In this document: positions 40,956 to 52,638 of the stretch, piece by piece
Position numbering within the stretch: the stretch's first letter is position 1
How the letters are laid out: the number at the start of each line of letters is the position of its first letter
NCBI GenBank assembly: GCA_965228895.1
Contig: OZ245842.1
Coordinates: 4,992,001-5,056,000 of the forward strand
Source of the DNA: Alphaproteobacteria bacterium
GTDB taxonomy: Bacteria > Pseudomonadota > Alphaproteobacteria > SP197
DNA length: 64,000 bases
Reading direction: 5' to 3'
The notes under the pieces: generated by a model
Seen by the model: the letters and a program-made list of their open reading frames with translations, nothing else
Databases searched by the model: none
Told to the model about the DNA's origin: nothing
Position numbers and translations under genes: made by a program

Positions 40956-41476
40956 AACGGACTCTTAACCGACGCGGATTCATGTTCCCTGCTTTGGGGG
41001 CGGTAGGTCTGATTGTTAGCGGCTGCGGCTTCAAACCGCTCTATGGCACGCCGGAGAGCGGCGAGGGCGCAACGCTGGAGATGGCTTCCGTGCGAGTCGA
41101 TCCGATCCCAGACCGGATCGGGCAGGTGTTGCGCAACGAATTGACCGACCGGCTTACCGCGGGCGTTGGTCCGCAGCCAACCCGCTACAGACTTTTGGTC
41201 AAGATTCGGGAGTCGACGGCGCCGCTTCAGATCCAAACGACCGACACGATCACCCGCTACAACTTCACCCTGTCGGCAAGGTTTCAGCTGATCGACAGTG
41301 CGACGGGCAATGTCGTCTATGACGACAACGCGCGTGCGGTCGGCAGCTATGACGTTGTCGAGTCAGAGTTCGCGACATTGGTCGCCGAACAGGAGACCGG
41401 CCGCGAAGCCGCGCGTGATCTCTCCTCGTCGATCTCCGCGCTGCTGGCGCTTTACTTCACACGCAGCGCAAGTTAG
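40952..41476 (+). CDS. lptE: LPS assembly lipoprotein LptE
   Basis: Lipobox VSGC followed by GFKPLY; lies between leuS and holA. Confidence 0.85.
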   Translation: MKRTLNRRGFMFPALGAVGLIVSGCGFKPLYGTPESGEGATLEMASVRVDPIPDRIGQVLRNELTDRLTAGVGPQPTRYRLLVKIRESTAPLQIQTTDTITRYNFTLSARFQLIDSATGNVVYDDNARAVGSYDVVESEFATLVAEQETGREAARDLSSSISALLALYFTRSAS

Positions 41477-41491
41477 CGCGTTGGGCGAACC

Positions 41492-42532
41492 GTGAAGATC
41501 TCGGCGCGTCAGGCCGACGGCTTCGTCAAACAGCCCGATTCCAAGGTGCGCGCGGTTCTGATCTATGGGCCCGACGCCGGACTGGTGCGCGAGCGCGCAG
41601 AAACGCTGGCGCGCGGTGTGGTCGATGACCCGGCCGACCCGTTTCGGGTTGCCGAACTGGACCCGTCGGCCGTCGCCAAGGATGCCGCCTTACTGAACGA
41701 TGAAGCCGCCGCAATCGCGTTGACCGGAGGGCGGCGCGTTGTTCGGATCAAGGACGCCGGCGATCGCGTGGCCGAGGCGATGAAGGCCTTCCTGGCTGAT
41801 CCGCTCGGTGACGCTCTGGTCATCGTCGAGGGTGGCGAGTTGAGCGCGTCGTCCAAGCTACGCAAGGCATTCGAGGCGGCAGGTCTGGGTGCCGCCCTGC
41901 CCTGCTATCGTGACGAAGGCCGCGACTTGGAACGGGTCGTCGGTGACGCTCTGGCCGAGCAAGGCCTGCGGGCGCAGCCTGACGCGGTCGGCTTGCTGGC
42001 GGACCTTCTGGGCGGCGACCGTCTTTTGACCCGTTCGGAGATCGCCAAGCTAGCGGTCTACATGGGCGACACAAAAGACGTCGGAACCGGTGATATCGAA
42101 GCGATTGTGGCGGACAGCTCCTATCTGACTTTTGAAACCATAGCGCGTGCCGTGATGGCGGGCGATGCGGTGGTCTTGGGGCGCGGCTTGGACCGGGCGT
42201 TTGGTGAACGGGAAAGCCCGGTCGCTGTGCTCGGGGCGGTACGCCGTGACTTGCAGCGTCTCGCACTCTTCGTGGCGCTGTCGGGCGAAACCGGATCGGC
42301 CGACGCGGCGCTGAAGGCAATGCGGCTTGATCCCCGGCGTCACTTCAGAATTGTTGAGCCCTTGAGATCTGCCGCCAAGCGATGGCGCGCGGACGACGTG
42401 GCGATCGCACTGGCCTGGTTGGCCGAGGCCGATCTGCAGTGCAAGTCGACCGGTTTTCCCGACGTCACGATTTGCCGCGAGGTTCTGCTGCGCATCGTCA
42501 ACGGGTTGAAAGAGAAGCGCCTGGTCGCATGA
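41492..42532 (+). CDS. holA: DNA polymerase III delta subunit
   Basis: VLIYGPDAGLVRERA, SKLRK.FE, EIAKLAVY; leuS-lptE-holA synteny. Confidence 0.9.
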   Translation: MKISARQADGFVKQPDSKVRAVLIYGPDAGLVRERAETLARGVVDDPADPFRVAELDPSAVAKDAALLNDEAAAIALTGGRRVVRIKDAGDRVAEAMKAFLADPLGDALVIVEGGELSASSKLRKAFEAAGLGAALPCYRDEGRDLERVVGDALAEQGLRAQPDAVGLLADLLGGDRLLTRSEIAKLAVYMGDTKDVGTGDIEAIVADSSYLTFETIARAVMAGDAVVLGRGLDRAFGERESPVAVLGAVRRDLQRLALFVALSGETGSADAALKAMRLDPRRHFRIVEPLRSAAKRWRADDVAIALAWLAEADLQCKSTGFPDVTICREVLLRIVNGLKEKRLVA

Positions 42533-42897
42533 CGGTGCTGGGCATCGATCATGTTCAGGTCGCCATGCCGCCGGAGCGTGAGACCGAGGCTCGATCGTTC
42601 TATGGCGGTGTGCTGGGTTTCGAGGAGATGGTGAAGCCGCCTGAGCTCGCCGCGCGGGGCGGTGTTTGGTTCGTGAGCGGCGAGGTGCATGTCCATCTGG
42701 GCATCGATGAGGGGTTCGAAGCAAGCGCAAAAGCCCATACCGGCTTCCTGGTCGACGACCTCACTGAGATGATGGGCCGGTTCAAGGCGGCCGGTCTTGC
42801 CGTCGAGCGAGGTCTTGACCATCGAGGCAGGGCTCGGGTCTATGTTCGTGATCCCTTCGGCAACCGTCTGGAGTTTGTCGAAGCGGCAGGCGCTTAA
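42529..42897 (+). CDS. VOC/glyoxalase family protein
   Basis: IDHVQV, ARSFYGGVLG, HLG, RDPFGNRLE. Confidence 0.85.
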   Translation: MTVLGIDHVQVAMPPERETEARSFYGGVLGFEEMVKPPELAARGGVWFVSGEVHVHLGIDEGFEASAKAHTGFLVDDLTEMMGRFKAAGLAVERGLDHRGRARVYVRDPFGNRLEFVEAAGA

Positions 42898-42949
42898 GGA
42901 AACAACGCTGGTCGGCCAAGGCGGCGTCAGGACGCCGTCCCGCGCGGTG

Positions 42950-43855
42950 TTAGGATCCGACCAGCCTGGGGCGTGACGGGCTCTCAAGCTTGGCGATGAC
43001 GTCGTCAAGTTGTTCCACCGTTTTGTAGTGCACGACAAGTCGCCCCTTTTCGCCACTGCCACGCACGTCGACTTTGAGACCGAGGGTGTCGCTGAGTCGG
43101 CGCTCCAGATCCAGCGTGTTGGGATCGGGCGATCCTGTCGCGCGTGGCATTGCGGGCGTCTCCGCCGGCGGCGGTGTGTCGTCGACGTCCACGCCACCCG
43201 AACGAACCAGCGCCTCGGTTTGTCGAACGTTCAGGCCCTTGTCGATCACGACTTCGGCCAAGGGAACGGGGTCATCGGCGCCGAGCAGCGCGCGGGCATG
43301 ACCGGCGGTCAGCCGGCCTTCGTCAAGCATTGCCTGGACGGTGCCGGGCAGGTCCAGAAGCCGGATCATGTTCGCGACGTGGGGACGGCTGCGCCCGACT
43401 GCCTCGGCGATGTCGTTTTGGCTGAGGCCGAATTCATCGCCCAGCCGCTTGTACGCGGCAGCCTCTTCCAGGGGATCGAGGTCGGCGCGCTGGAGGTTCT
43501 CGATCAAGGCGATCTCGAGAACCTCGATATCGGAGAACTCCCGCACCATGACCGGGACGTCGTGCAGCATGGCGATTTGGGCAGCACGCCACCGCCGTTC
43601 ACCGGCGACGATTTCCAGATCCCCATCCGATCCGGCCAGCACGGGCCTGGCAAGGATCGGCTGCAGCATGCCCTGGTTGCGCAGGGAGTCCGCGAGCTGG
43701 GCGATCTCTTCATCGTCAAAGTTGGTGCGCGGCTGAAACCGCCCGGGCCGAAGGTCGCTGACGGGAACCTGTCGCAGGCCGTCTCGCGGGCGGCCCTGGT
43801 TGGGCTCGCTGATCAGGGACGAGAGGCCACGTCCAAGGCCGCGTGTTTCACTCAT
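42950..43855 (-). CDS. parB: Chromosome partitioning protein ParB
   Basis: GLGRGLSSLI, QPR, IVAGERRWRAA, ENLQRADL, HTH, GHARAL. Confidence 0.97.
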   Translation of the reverse strand: MSETRGLGRGLSSLISEPNQGRPRDGLRQVPVSDLRPGRFQPRTNFDDEEIAQLADSLRNQGMLQPILARPVLAGSDGDLEIVAGERRWRAAQIAMLHDVPVMVREFSDIEVLEIALIENLQRADLDPLEEAAAYKRLGDEFGLSQNDIAEAVGRSRPHVANMIRLLDLPGTVQAMLDEGRLTAGHARALLGADDPVPLAEVVIDKGLNVRQTEALVRSGGVDVDDTPPPAETPAMPRATGSPDPNTLDLERRLSDTLGLKVDVRGSGEKGRLVVHYKTVEQLDDVIAKLESPSRPRLVGS

Positions 43856-44751
43856 GATCCCATTCCTTCGACCGTGGTTGTCGATCCGTCGCCGGGCCGC
43901 TGGCGTTCGCGGCGCAGCATTTCGCCGGCCAGATGGACATAAGCTTGGGCGCCGGCGCTCTTGAAAGCATAGAACATAACGGGTTTACCATGCGAGGGCG
44001 CTTCGGAGACCCTCACGTTTCTAGGAATGATTGTATCATACACTTGTTCGGGCATCACCTTTCTGACGTCCGCGACGACTTCACGCGACAATCGGTTTCG
44101 CCGGTCGAACATGGTGAGCACGATTCCCGTCATTTCCAGTTTCTCATTATATGCATCATGCACACATTCAATGGTGTGGAGAAGCTGGGATAAACCCTCC
44201 AGGGCGAAGAATTCGCATTGCAGCGGCACCAGAACCTCGTCAGCCGCGACCAAGGCATTGATGGTCAGAAGACCAAGCGCAGGTGGACAGTCGACAAGGA
44301 CGAGGTCGTAGGCACGCTTGAACGTATTGATCACCCGTTTGAGGCGTGCCTCGCGCTGCTCCGCGTTAACCAGCTCCACCTCGGCGCCGCTCAGGTCCAT
44401 GGTCGCGGGCACGATATAGAGATGGGGTACATCGGTCGCGACGGCGGCCGCGCCACCCCAGTGACGGTCTGGCGCGATCAATAGGTCGTAGGTCGTGATG
44501 CGCCGTTCGTCGGGAGGGATTCCCAGGCCGGTACTGGCATTGCCCTGGGGATCGATGTCGACGACCAGGACCCGCTTGCCGATGGCGGCCAGGGCGGTTG
44601 CCAGATTGATGGTGGTGGTTGTCTTACCAACCCCGCCTTTCTGGTTGGCGACGGCGATGACCCGGCCAGGCCGGTCATACACGAAATCTAGGCCTTGTTT
44701 GCCTTGCCTCACGACCGTCCTACCCGACTTAGAGGCTGACATGGTGCTCAT
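43852..44751 (-). CDS. parA: Chromosome partitioning ATPase ParA
   Basis: NQKGGVGKTT, DPQGNAST, DCPP, QCEFFALEG, SEAPSHG; start may be slightly downstream. Confidence 0.97.
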   Translation of the reverse strand: MSTMSASKSGRTVVRQGKQGLDFVYDRPGRVIAVANQKGGVGKTTTTINLATALAAIGKRVLVVDIDPQGNASTGLGIPPDERRITTYDLLIAPDRHWGGAAAVATDVPHLYIVPATMDLSGAEVELVNAEQREARLKRVINTFKRAYDLVLVDCPPALGLLTINALVAADEVLVPLQCEFFALEGLSQLLHTIECVHDAYNEKLEMTGIVLTMFDRRNRLSREVVADVRKVMPEQVYDTIIPRNVRVSEAPSHGKPVMFYAFKSAGAQAYVHLAGEMLRRERQRPGDGSTTTVEGMGS

Positions 44752-44903
44752 TCCACAACCTGTTGATGAAGCCCTGAGGCCTATCCGGCGAGCCTGCGTC
44801 TGTCCTACAGCTGTCCGACAAAAACCGCTAAAATGGCCTCCTATGTAGTACCCATATCTTGTATCTCAAGCAACGTCAACACTCGGTAATACAGTATATT
44901 GCG

Positions 44904-45536
44904 TCACTTTTGGCCTCCGGACCACACGTTGTTGATCACTAGTATGGTACTACAGGGGTCTGTCATACTTGTATGACACGTGTAGGACAGGTGACATACC
45001 AAGCTGGCTCTAGCCAGTTCGGCCTCCACGTCCGCACCCTTTGGTACGAGACCTATACTGCCCTCTCCCATAAATCTGGACATCATCGGTACGAGCCGAT
45101 CAAGCGGCGCCAGGGCCCTTGCCGTCACGACATCGACCCGTTTTTCCTCCAGTTTCTCAATGCGGCAGGCGTGCACGACGACATCGGCTCCTGTTTCACG
45201 TGAAACCTCTCGCAGAAACACCGTCTTCTTCTGATCGCTCTCGACCAGTTCGACACCGTTGACGCCCATGATGGCCAAAACCAAGCCTGGAAACCCGGCT
45301 CCGCTGCCTAAATCAAGCAGGCTTCGCGTACCCGGTGGCATGAAGCGAAGAAGCTGCGCCGAATCCAACATATGGCGGCGCCAAAGGTCGCTGATCGTCG
45401 ACGGACCGACCAGATTCAGAGACTTCTGCCATTTGACGAGGAGGTCAGCATAGATTTGAAGACGCTCAAGCGTTTCACGTGAAACCGACGTTGCAGCCTG
45501 AAATCCCGCGGGATCCAACGGCACGCTGTCGGCCAT
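44904..45536 (-). CDS. rsmG: 16S rRNA m7G527 methyltransferase
   Basis: NLVG, RHMLDS, DLGSGAGFPG, TARA. Confidence 0.95.
   Translation of the reverse strand: MADSVPLDPAGFQAATSVSRETLERLQIYADLLVKWQKSLNLVGPSTISDLWRRHMLDSAQLLRFMPPGTRSLLDLGSGAGFPGLVLAIMGVNGVELVESDQKKTVFLREVSRETGADVVVHACRIEKLEEKRVDVVTARALAPLDRLVPMMSRFMGEGSIGLVPKGADVEAELARASLVCHLSYTCHTSMTDPCSTILVINNVWSGGQK
45192..45207. promoter_or_regulatory. parS site (inside rsmG)
   Basis: tgtttcacgtgaaacc, 15/16 match to TGTTTCACGTGAAACA. Confidence 0.88.
45471..45486. promoter_or_regulatory. parS site (inside rsmG)
   Basis: cgtttcacgtgaaacc, perfect 14-bp core. Confidence 0.85.
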
Positions 45537-45545
45537 GGCGCCGAC

Positions 45546-47408
45546 CTAAGCCGCGCGCCGGCGCACGTGACCCAAAAGCGCCGTCAGGGCCGCCGGCGTC
45601 ATCCCCGAAAGACGGGCGGCGTGACCGAGCGTCTGCGGTCTCGCTGACTCCAGTTTCTCAAGGAGCTCGGCCGAAAGTCCGCCAATCCGTCGATAGTCAA
45701 GATCAGCAGGAAGCAATAGCGCTTCATCGCGACGGAATGCTGCCACATCGGCCTCCATACGGCTGAGATAACCAGCATAGCGTCCCTCGATCTCGATCTG
45801 CTCGCGAACGTCGGGCGCCAGCGCGCCGAGTTTGGGCCAGATGGCTGTCAGACGCTCGTAGGTCACATCGACCAGTGTCAGCAAGTCGAGCACGTTTCGG
45901 CGGCGGCCATCACGGTTCACGTTGAGGCCGTTGCGGTGCGCTTCGTCGGGTGTCAGACAGGACTGACGGGCAAAATCGAGCCCGGCCTCAACACGTCTGC
46001 GGCGCGCGTCAAACTGTCCGACACGGGTCTTACCGACCAGGCCGGCGTCGATTCCCTTCGGGGTCAAGCGCAGATCGGCATTGTCGGCACGCAGGATGAG
46101 TCGGTACTCAGCGCGCGATGTAAACATCCTGTAGGGCTCGCTGGTGCCGCGGCCGATGAGGTCGTCGATCATGACTCCGATATAGGCTTCGGCGCGGTCC
46201 AGCGTGAACGCCCGGCCGCCTGACACCGACAACGCGGCGTTGGCGCCCGCCACGAGACCCTGGCCGGCGGCTTCCTCGTAACCGGTCGTCCCGTTAATCT
46301 GTCCAGCCAGGAAAAGTCCAGGAATCCTGCGGGTTTCCAAGGATGCGGTCAGTTCGCGCGGATCAATGAAGTCATATTCGATCGCATAGCCGTGTCGCTC
46401 GATCCGCGCATGCTCCAAGCCTGGAATGGAGGCGACGACAGCATCCTGGACGTCGCGGGGCAGGGAGGTCGAAATGCCGTTGGGATAGACGGTGTCGGTC
46501 TCAAGCCCTTCCGGCTCCAGGAAGATCTGGTGGCGGTTCTTGTCGGCGAACCGCACGACCTTGTCCTCGATCGACGGACAGTAACGCGGACCCGTGCCGT
46601 CAATCTGACCGGAGAACACCGGTGCCCGGTCGAGATTGTCGCGAATAATCTGATGGGCCAAAGCGCCCGTTTCTGTGATGTGACAGGGAACCTGCGGCAC
46701 GCGGATGGCATCGGTCAGCCGAGAGAACGGCACCGGCGGGTCATCGCCTGGCTGCACCTCGGTCGCCGACCAATCGATCGTGCGGCCATCCAAACGCGGT
46801 GGCGTCCCCGTTTTAAGCCGGCCCATCCGGAAACCGAGACGTTCCAGCGTCAGCGCCAGTCCGATTGCCGGCCCGTCGCCGATGCGGCCCGCCGGCCAGG
46901 TTTCTTCGCCCAGATGGATCTTGCCGCGCAAAAACGTGCCGCTGGTGATGACAACGGACCCGGCTCGCAGCTCAGTCCCGTTGTCCAGCACGACGCCCGC
47001 AATCCGATTGTCGTCATCCAGCACCACGTCATCGACACCGGCTTCACGAATGGTGAGATTGTCATACTCGGCCAGGATCGCCTGAATTGCCGCCGCGTAG
47101 AGTTTGCGATCGGCCTGGGCGCGCGGACCACGCACCGCCGGACCCTTGCTGCGGTTGAGAACACGGAACTGAATGCCGGACCGATCGATGGCGCGCGCCA
47201 TAATGCCATCGAGCGCATCGATCTCTCTGACGAGATGGCCTTTGCCCAGACCGCCGATCGCCGGGTTGCACGACATGGCGCCGACGGTCGCCAGCTTGTG
47301 GGTGACCAGCAGCGTCGACGCGCCGAGCCGCGCTGCAGCCGCCGCTGCCTCGCTTCCGGCGTGGCCACCACCGACCACGATCACGTCATATGCCGTATCC
47401 TCTGACAT
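45546..47408 (-). CDS. mnmG: tRNA U34 modification enzyme MnmG (GidA)
   Basis: [48 protein letters not shown]. Confidence 0.98.
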   Translation of the reverse strand: MSEDTAYDVIVVGGGHAGSEAAAAAARLGASTLLVTHKLATVGAMSCNPAIGGLGKGHLVREIDALDGIMARAIDRSGIQFRVLNRSKGPAVRGPRAQADRKLYAAAIQAILAEYDNLTIREAGVDDVVLDDDNRIAGVVLDNGTELRAGSVVITSGTFLRGKIHLGEETWPAGRIGDGPAIGLALTLERLGFRMGRLKTGTPPRLDGRTIDWSATEVQPGDDPPVPFSRLTDAIRVPQVPCHITETGALAHQIIRDNLDRAPVFSGQIDGTGPRYCPSIEDKVVRFADKNRHQIFLEPEGLETDTVYPNGISTSLPRDVQDAVVASIPGLEHARIERHGYAIEYDFIDPRELTASLETRRIPGLFLAGQINGTTGYEEAAGQGLVAGANAALSVSGGRAFTLDRAEAYIGVMIDDLIGRGTSEPYRMFTSRAEYRLILRADNADLRLTPKGIDAGLVGKTRVGQFDARRRRVEAGLDFARQSCLTPDEAHRNGLNVNRDGRRRNVLDLLTLVDVTYERLTAIWPKLGALAPDVREQIEIEGRYAGYLSRMEADVAAFRRDEALLLPADLDYRRIGGLSAELLEKLESARPQTLGHAARLSGMTPAALTALLGHVRRRAA

Positions 47409-47458
47409 GGCGCGGAATGTAGGGATCGCGCCCGGCCAAGTCAAAGCACCAAGACGTC

Positions 47459-47474
47459 TGTTTCACGTGAAACA
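47459..47474. promoter_or_regulatory. parS site (mnmE-mnmG intergenic)
   Basis: Perfect TGTTTCACGTGAAACA. Confidence 0.93.
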
Positions 47475-47482
47475 CACCGGTC

Positions 47483-48808
47483 CTACTTGCCGATGCAGAA
47501 ATCCCGGAAGATGACGTCGAGTAGCGCCTCGACATCGGTGTGCCCGGTCAGCCGGTCGAGGGCCCGCAACGCCATCCGGAGGTCTTCGCCGCGCAGCTCC
47601 GCAAGTGCGGCCCCGCGCGCGCGTCGCATGGCCTCGATCGCGGCGGCAACACCGGCCCGATGGCGCTCCCGCGACGGACCGGGCCCATCACGATTGGGCC
47701 ATAGCGCCCAAAGTTTTGCCCTCAAACCGGCCATTAGGCCATCAAGGCCCTCACCTGTGGCACAGGAAATCGGCCAGACGATTTGGCCGTGCACCAGCTC
47801 GTCCGGGACAACCGGTGCCAGATCGCACTTGTTCGCGACCACCAGACTCCGCGCGTCGACCAAGGCTTCGATATCGCCAGAGGTTTCACTCAGCCGCGTC
47901 GCATCGACGACCACGAGCGTCAGGTCCGCCGAGGCCGCCCGGGCGCGCGCCCGGCGAATGCCTTCGGCCTCGATCGCCTGATCGCTATCCCTGAGCCCGG
48001 CGGTATCGGCCAACAAAACCTCAAAGCCGCCAATCTCCATGTCGACTTCGACGATATCGCGGGTCGTGCCAGCCTGTTCGGACACGATCACGGCGTCGCG
48101 CTGGGCCAGCCGGTTCATCAGACTGGATTTGCCGACATTCGGCGCCCCGACAATCGCCACGCTAATACCCTCGCGCAGGCGCTCGGCACGCCGGTGATCG
48201 TCCAGATGGTTCTCCATGGCGGCGATCAGATCGGCAATATCCCGGTCAATTCCGTCGATCACGTTGTCGGGGAGATCCTCATCGGGGAAGTCGATCGCTG
48301 CCTCAACATGGGCCAGGATCCGTCTCAGGCACTCGTTCCAGCCGCTGTAGAGTGTGTCCAGCGATCCCGCCAGCTGCGCAAGGGCCTGCCGACGCTGTTC
48401 CCCGGTCACCGCGTCCACCAGATCCGCAACAGCCTCGGCCCGGGTCAGGTCCAGGCGGCCGTTGGTCACGGCGCGCCGGGTGAACTCCCCGGGTTCGGCG
48501 GGCCTCAGACCGGGCAGGCGGGCCAGCGCCTCGATGATCCCGTCGAGGACGGCTCGGCCGCCATGGAGGTGAAGCTCCGCCGAATCCTCGCCTGTGTAAC
48601 TTGCCGGTGCCGGGAACCAAAGCGCCAGGCCGTCATCCAACACCTCACCGCTCGATGGGTCGATCAGCCGGCGCACGCTTGCCTGACGTGGCGCCGGCAG
48701 CGTACGACCCGTCAGGGCTTCAAGCGCCGAAGCGGTGGCCGGCCCGGACAACCGGATGACGGCGATCGCCGCACGTCCGGGTGCACTGGCTAGAGCGTAG
48801 ATGGTCAT
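47483..48808 (-). CDS. mnmE: tRNA modification GTPase MnmE (TrmE)
   Basis: SYTGED, GEFTRRA, GAPNVGKSS, GTTRD, DTAG, NKCD, FCIGK. Confidence 0.97.
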   Translation of the reverse strand: MTIYALASAPGRAAIAVIRLSGPATASALEALTGRTLPAPRQASVRRLIDPSSGEVLDDGLALWFPAPASYTGEDSAELHLHGGRAVLDGIIEALARLPGLRPAEPGEFTRRAVTNGRLDLTRAEAVADLVDAVTGEQRRQALAQLAGSLDTLYSGWNECLRRILAHVEAAIDFPDEDLPDNVIDGIDRDIADLIAAMENHLDDHRRAERLREGISVAIVGAPNVGKSSLMNRLAQRDAVIVSEQAGTTRDIVEVDMEIGGFEVLLADTAGLRDSDQAIEAEGIRRARARAASADLTLVVVDATRLSETSGDIEALVDARSLVVANKCDLAPVVPDELVHGQIVWPISCATGEGLDGLMAGLRAKLWALWPNRDGPGPSRERHRAGVAAAIEAMRRARGAALAELRGEDLRMALRALDRLTGHTDVEALLDVIFRDFCIGK

Positions 48809-48836
48809 GGCTGCCTGTTAGCCGGACGACGCGGCA

Positions 48837-48852
48837 TGTTTCACGTGAAACA
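48837..48852. promoter_or_regulatory. parS site (upstream of mnmE)
   Basis: Perfect TGTTTCACGTGAAACA within a 22-bp palindrome (48834-48855). Confidence 0.93.
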
Positions 48853-48868
48853 TGCGCGGCGGATCTTT

Positions 48869-49222
48869 TCAGGCCTTGTCCGGATCATCGCCCGGCTTCA
48901 GCATCAAGCGCTCGACCCGCCGGCCGCCGGCGATGTGGACACGCAGGATCTCCTCCAGATCGTCCTCGCCGTCATAGCGATACCAGACGCCCTCCGGGTA
49001 GATCACCATGGTGGGCCCGAGTTCACAGCGGTCAAGGCAGCCGGACGCGTTGATCCGTATGTCACTTAGACCGAGATCCTTGGCGCGGGTCTTCAGATAG
49101 TTGCGCAACGCCTCCGCGCCCTTCGCCTTGCAACAGCCGCGCGGATGGCCGTCGGCGCGCTCGTTGGTGCAGCAGAAGACATGGCGGCGGTAATAGAGTT
49201 CGGGATCGCCGGCCTCGCTCAT
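48869..49222 (-). CDS. Thioredoxin-like [2Fe-2S] ferredoxin
   Basis: HVFCCTN.R...PRGCC, GCLDRCELGP..VIYPEGVWY. Confidence 0.9.
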   Translation of the reverse strand: MSEAGDPELYYRRHVFCCTNERADGHPRGCCKAKGAEALRNYLKTRAKDLGLSDIRINASGCLDRCELGPTMVIYPEGVWYRYDGEDDLEEILRVHIAGGRRVERLMLKPGDDPDKA

Positions 49223-49455
49223 GGCTTGGCGCCTTTGGCCATGTCTGACCAGAAACGCATCATCTGCTCCATGCCTTCGGTGCCGGCTGCGGTCCAGCTC
49301 TTGAGCAGTTTTTCGGGATCCATGTCACCGACAGCGGCCATCATCCGGTCGCGCAGGACGGCCATCATTTCTTCCTGCAGCGGCTGGACATCCGGCAGCC
49401 CTAGAAACGTGCGCGCCTCCTCTGGCGTGCAGTCGACGTTGATCGTCACCTTCAT
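49219..49455 (-). CDS. Small conserved hypothetical protein (DUF6489-like)
   Basis: MKVTINVDCTPEEARTFLGLPDV.P.Q motif. Confidence 0.7.
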   Translation of the reverse strand: MKVTINVDCTPEEARTFLGLPDVQPLQEEMMAVLRDRMMAAVGDMDPEKLLKSWTAAGTEGMEQMMRFWSDMAKGAKP

Positions 49456-49556
49456 CAAAAAACCCCAGTCTGTCTATGGTTGCGCCGACCGGCAGCGTGC
49501 TCCACGTTAAGGCCCTGCACGCCTGAAATGCAATCTCTTCACCGGCAGGAGCCTTT

Positions 49557-51590
<2,034 letters not shown>

Positions 51591-51638
51591 TCAACCATTC
51601 GTGCACAGAACCGTCCGTCCCACGCGAGAAGGAAGAAC

Positions 51639-52613
51639 ATGATGGTACAGGTCGTCCGCATTCACGAGCCCGGTGGACCTGAGGTCCTCAGGCTCGACGA
51701 TATCGAACTCGGGCCGCCCGGACCCGGCGAAGTCCGGTTGGCGCAATCGGCGATCGGCCTGAACTTCATCGACACCTACCAGCGTTCCGGTCTTTACCCC
51801 GTCGAGCTGCCGGCCGTCCTGGGCATGGAGGCGGTCGGTGTCGTCGAAGCGCTCGGCGAAGGCGTCGAGAGTCTGAAGGACGGCGATCGGGTCGCCTACC
51901 CGATGCAGCCCGGCGCTTACGCGGTCGCGCGCAACGTGCCGGCCGACCGGGTCGTCGCCGTGCCCGCCACCGTCGACGATCAGACCGCCGCGGCCATGAT
52001 GCTGAAGGGGATGACCGTCGAATACCTGCTGGAACGTTGCTTCACCGTGCGCAAGGGTCAGACCATTCTGTTCCATGCCGCCGCCGGCGGTGTCGGCCTG
52101 ATCGCGTGTCAGTGGGCCAAGGCGCTTGGCGTCACGGTCATCGGCACGGTCAGCACGGACGCCAAGGCAGAGCTCGCCACCGCGCACGGGTGCGACCATG
52201 CCATCGTGACGTCGCGCGAAGATATCGCGGCGCGGGTCAAGGAAATCACCGGCGGCAAGGGCGTGCCCGTCGTCTATGACTCCATCGGCAAAGACACCTT
52301 CGACGCGTCCATGGCCTCGCTCGCGCCGCGCGGCATGTTCGTCAGCTTCGGCCAGTCGTCGGGACCGGTGACATCCTTCAACCCGGGCCTTTTGGCCCAG
52401 GGCGGCTCGCTCTATTACACGCGCCCCAGCCTTGCCAATTACATCGCCAGCCGTGGCGATCTCGAGATGTCGGGCCGGCGCCTGATGGAGATGGTCGGGT
52501 CGGGCAAGGTCAAGATCACGGTCAACCAGACCTATCCGCTCACCGAAATCGTCCAGGCGCACCGTGACCTCGAGGCGCGCAAGACGACAGGCTCGACCGT
52601 GCTGCTGCCCTGA
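51639..52613 (+). CDS. qor: NADPH:quinone oxidoreductase (zeta-crystallin MDR), copy 1
   Basis: GLNFID.Y.RSG.YP, HAAAGGVG, VVYDSIG, SFGQSSG, RKTTGSTVL. Confidence 0.9.
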   Translation: MMVQVVRIHEPGGPEVLRLDDIELGPPGPGEVRLAQSAIGLNFIDTYQRSGLYPVELPAVLGMEAVGVVEALGEGVESLKDGDRVAYPMQPGAYAVARNVPADRVVAVPATVDDQTAAAMMLKGMTVEYLLERCFTVRKGQTILFHAAAGGVGLIACQWAKALGVTVIGTVSTDAKAELATAHGCDHAIVTSREDIAARVKEITGGKGVPVVYDSIGKDTFDASMASLAPRGMFVSFGQSSGPVTSFNPGLLAQGGSLYYTRPSLANYIASRGDLEMSGRRLMEMVGSGKVKITVNQTYPLTEIVQAHRDLEARKTTGSTVLLP

Positions 52614-52638
52614 CACAGCACGTCTGGAGGAACCAACG

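Noticed and set aside
43843-43858. gtgtttcactcatga at the parA/parB junction as a fifth parS
   Set aside because: Only a half-site; the right arm does not match.
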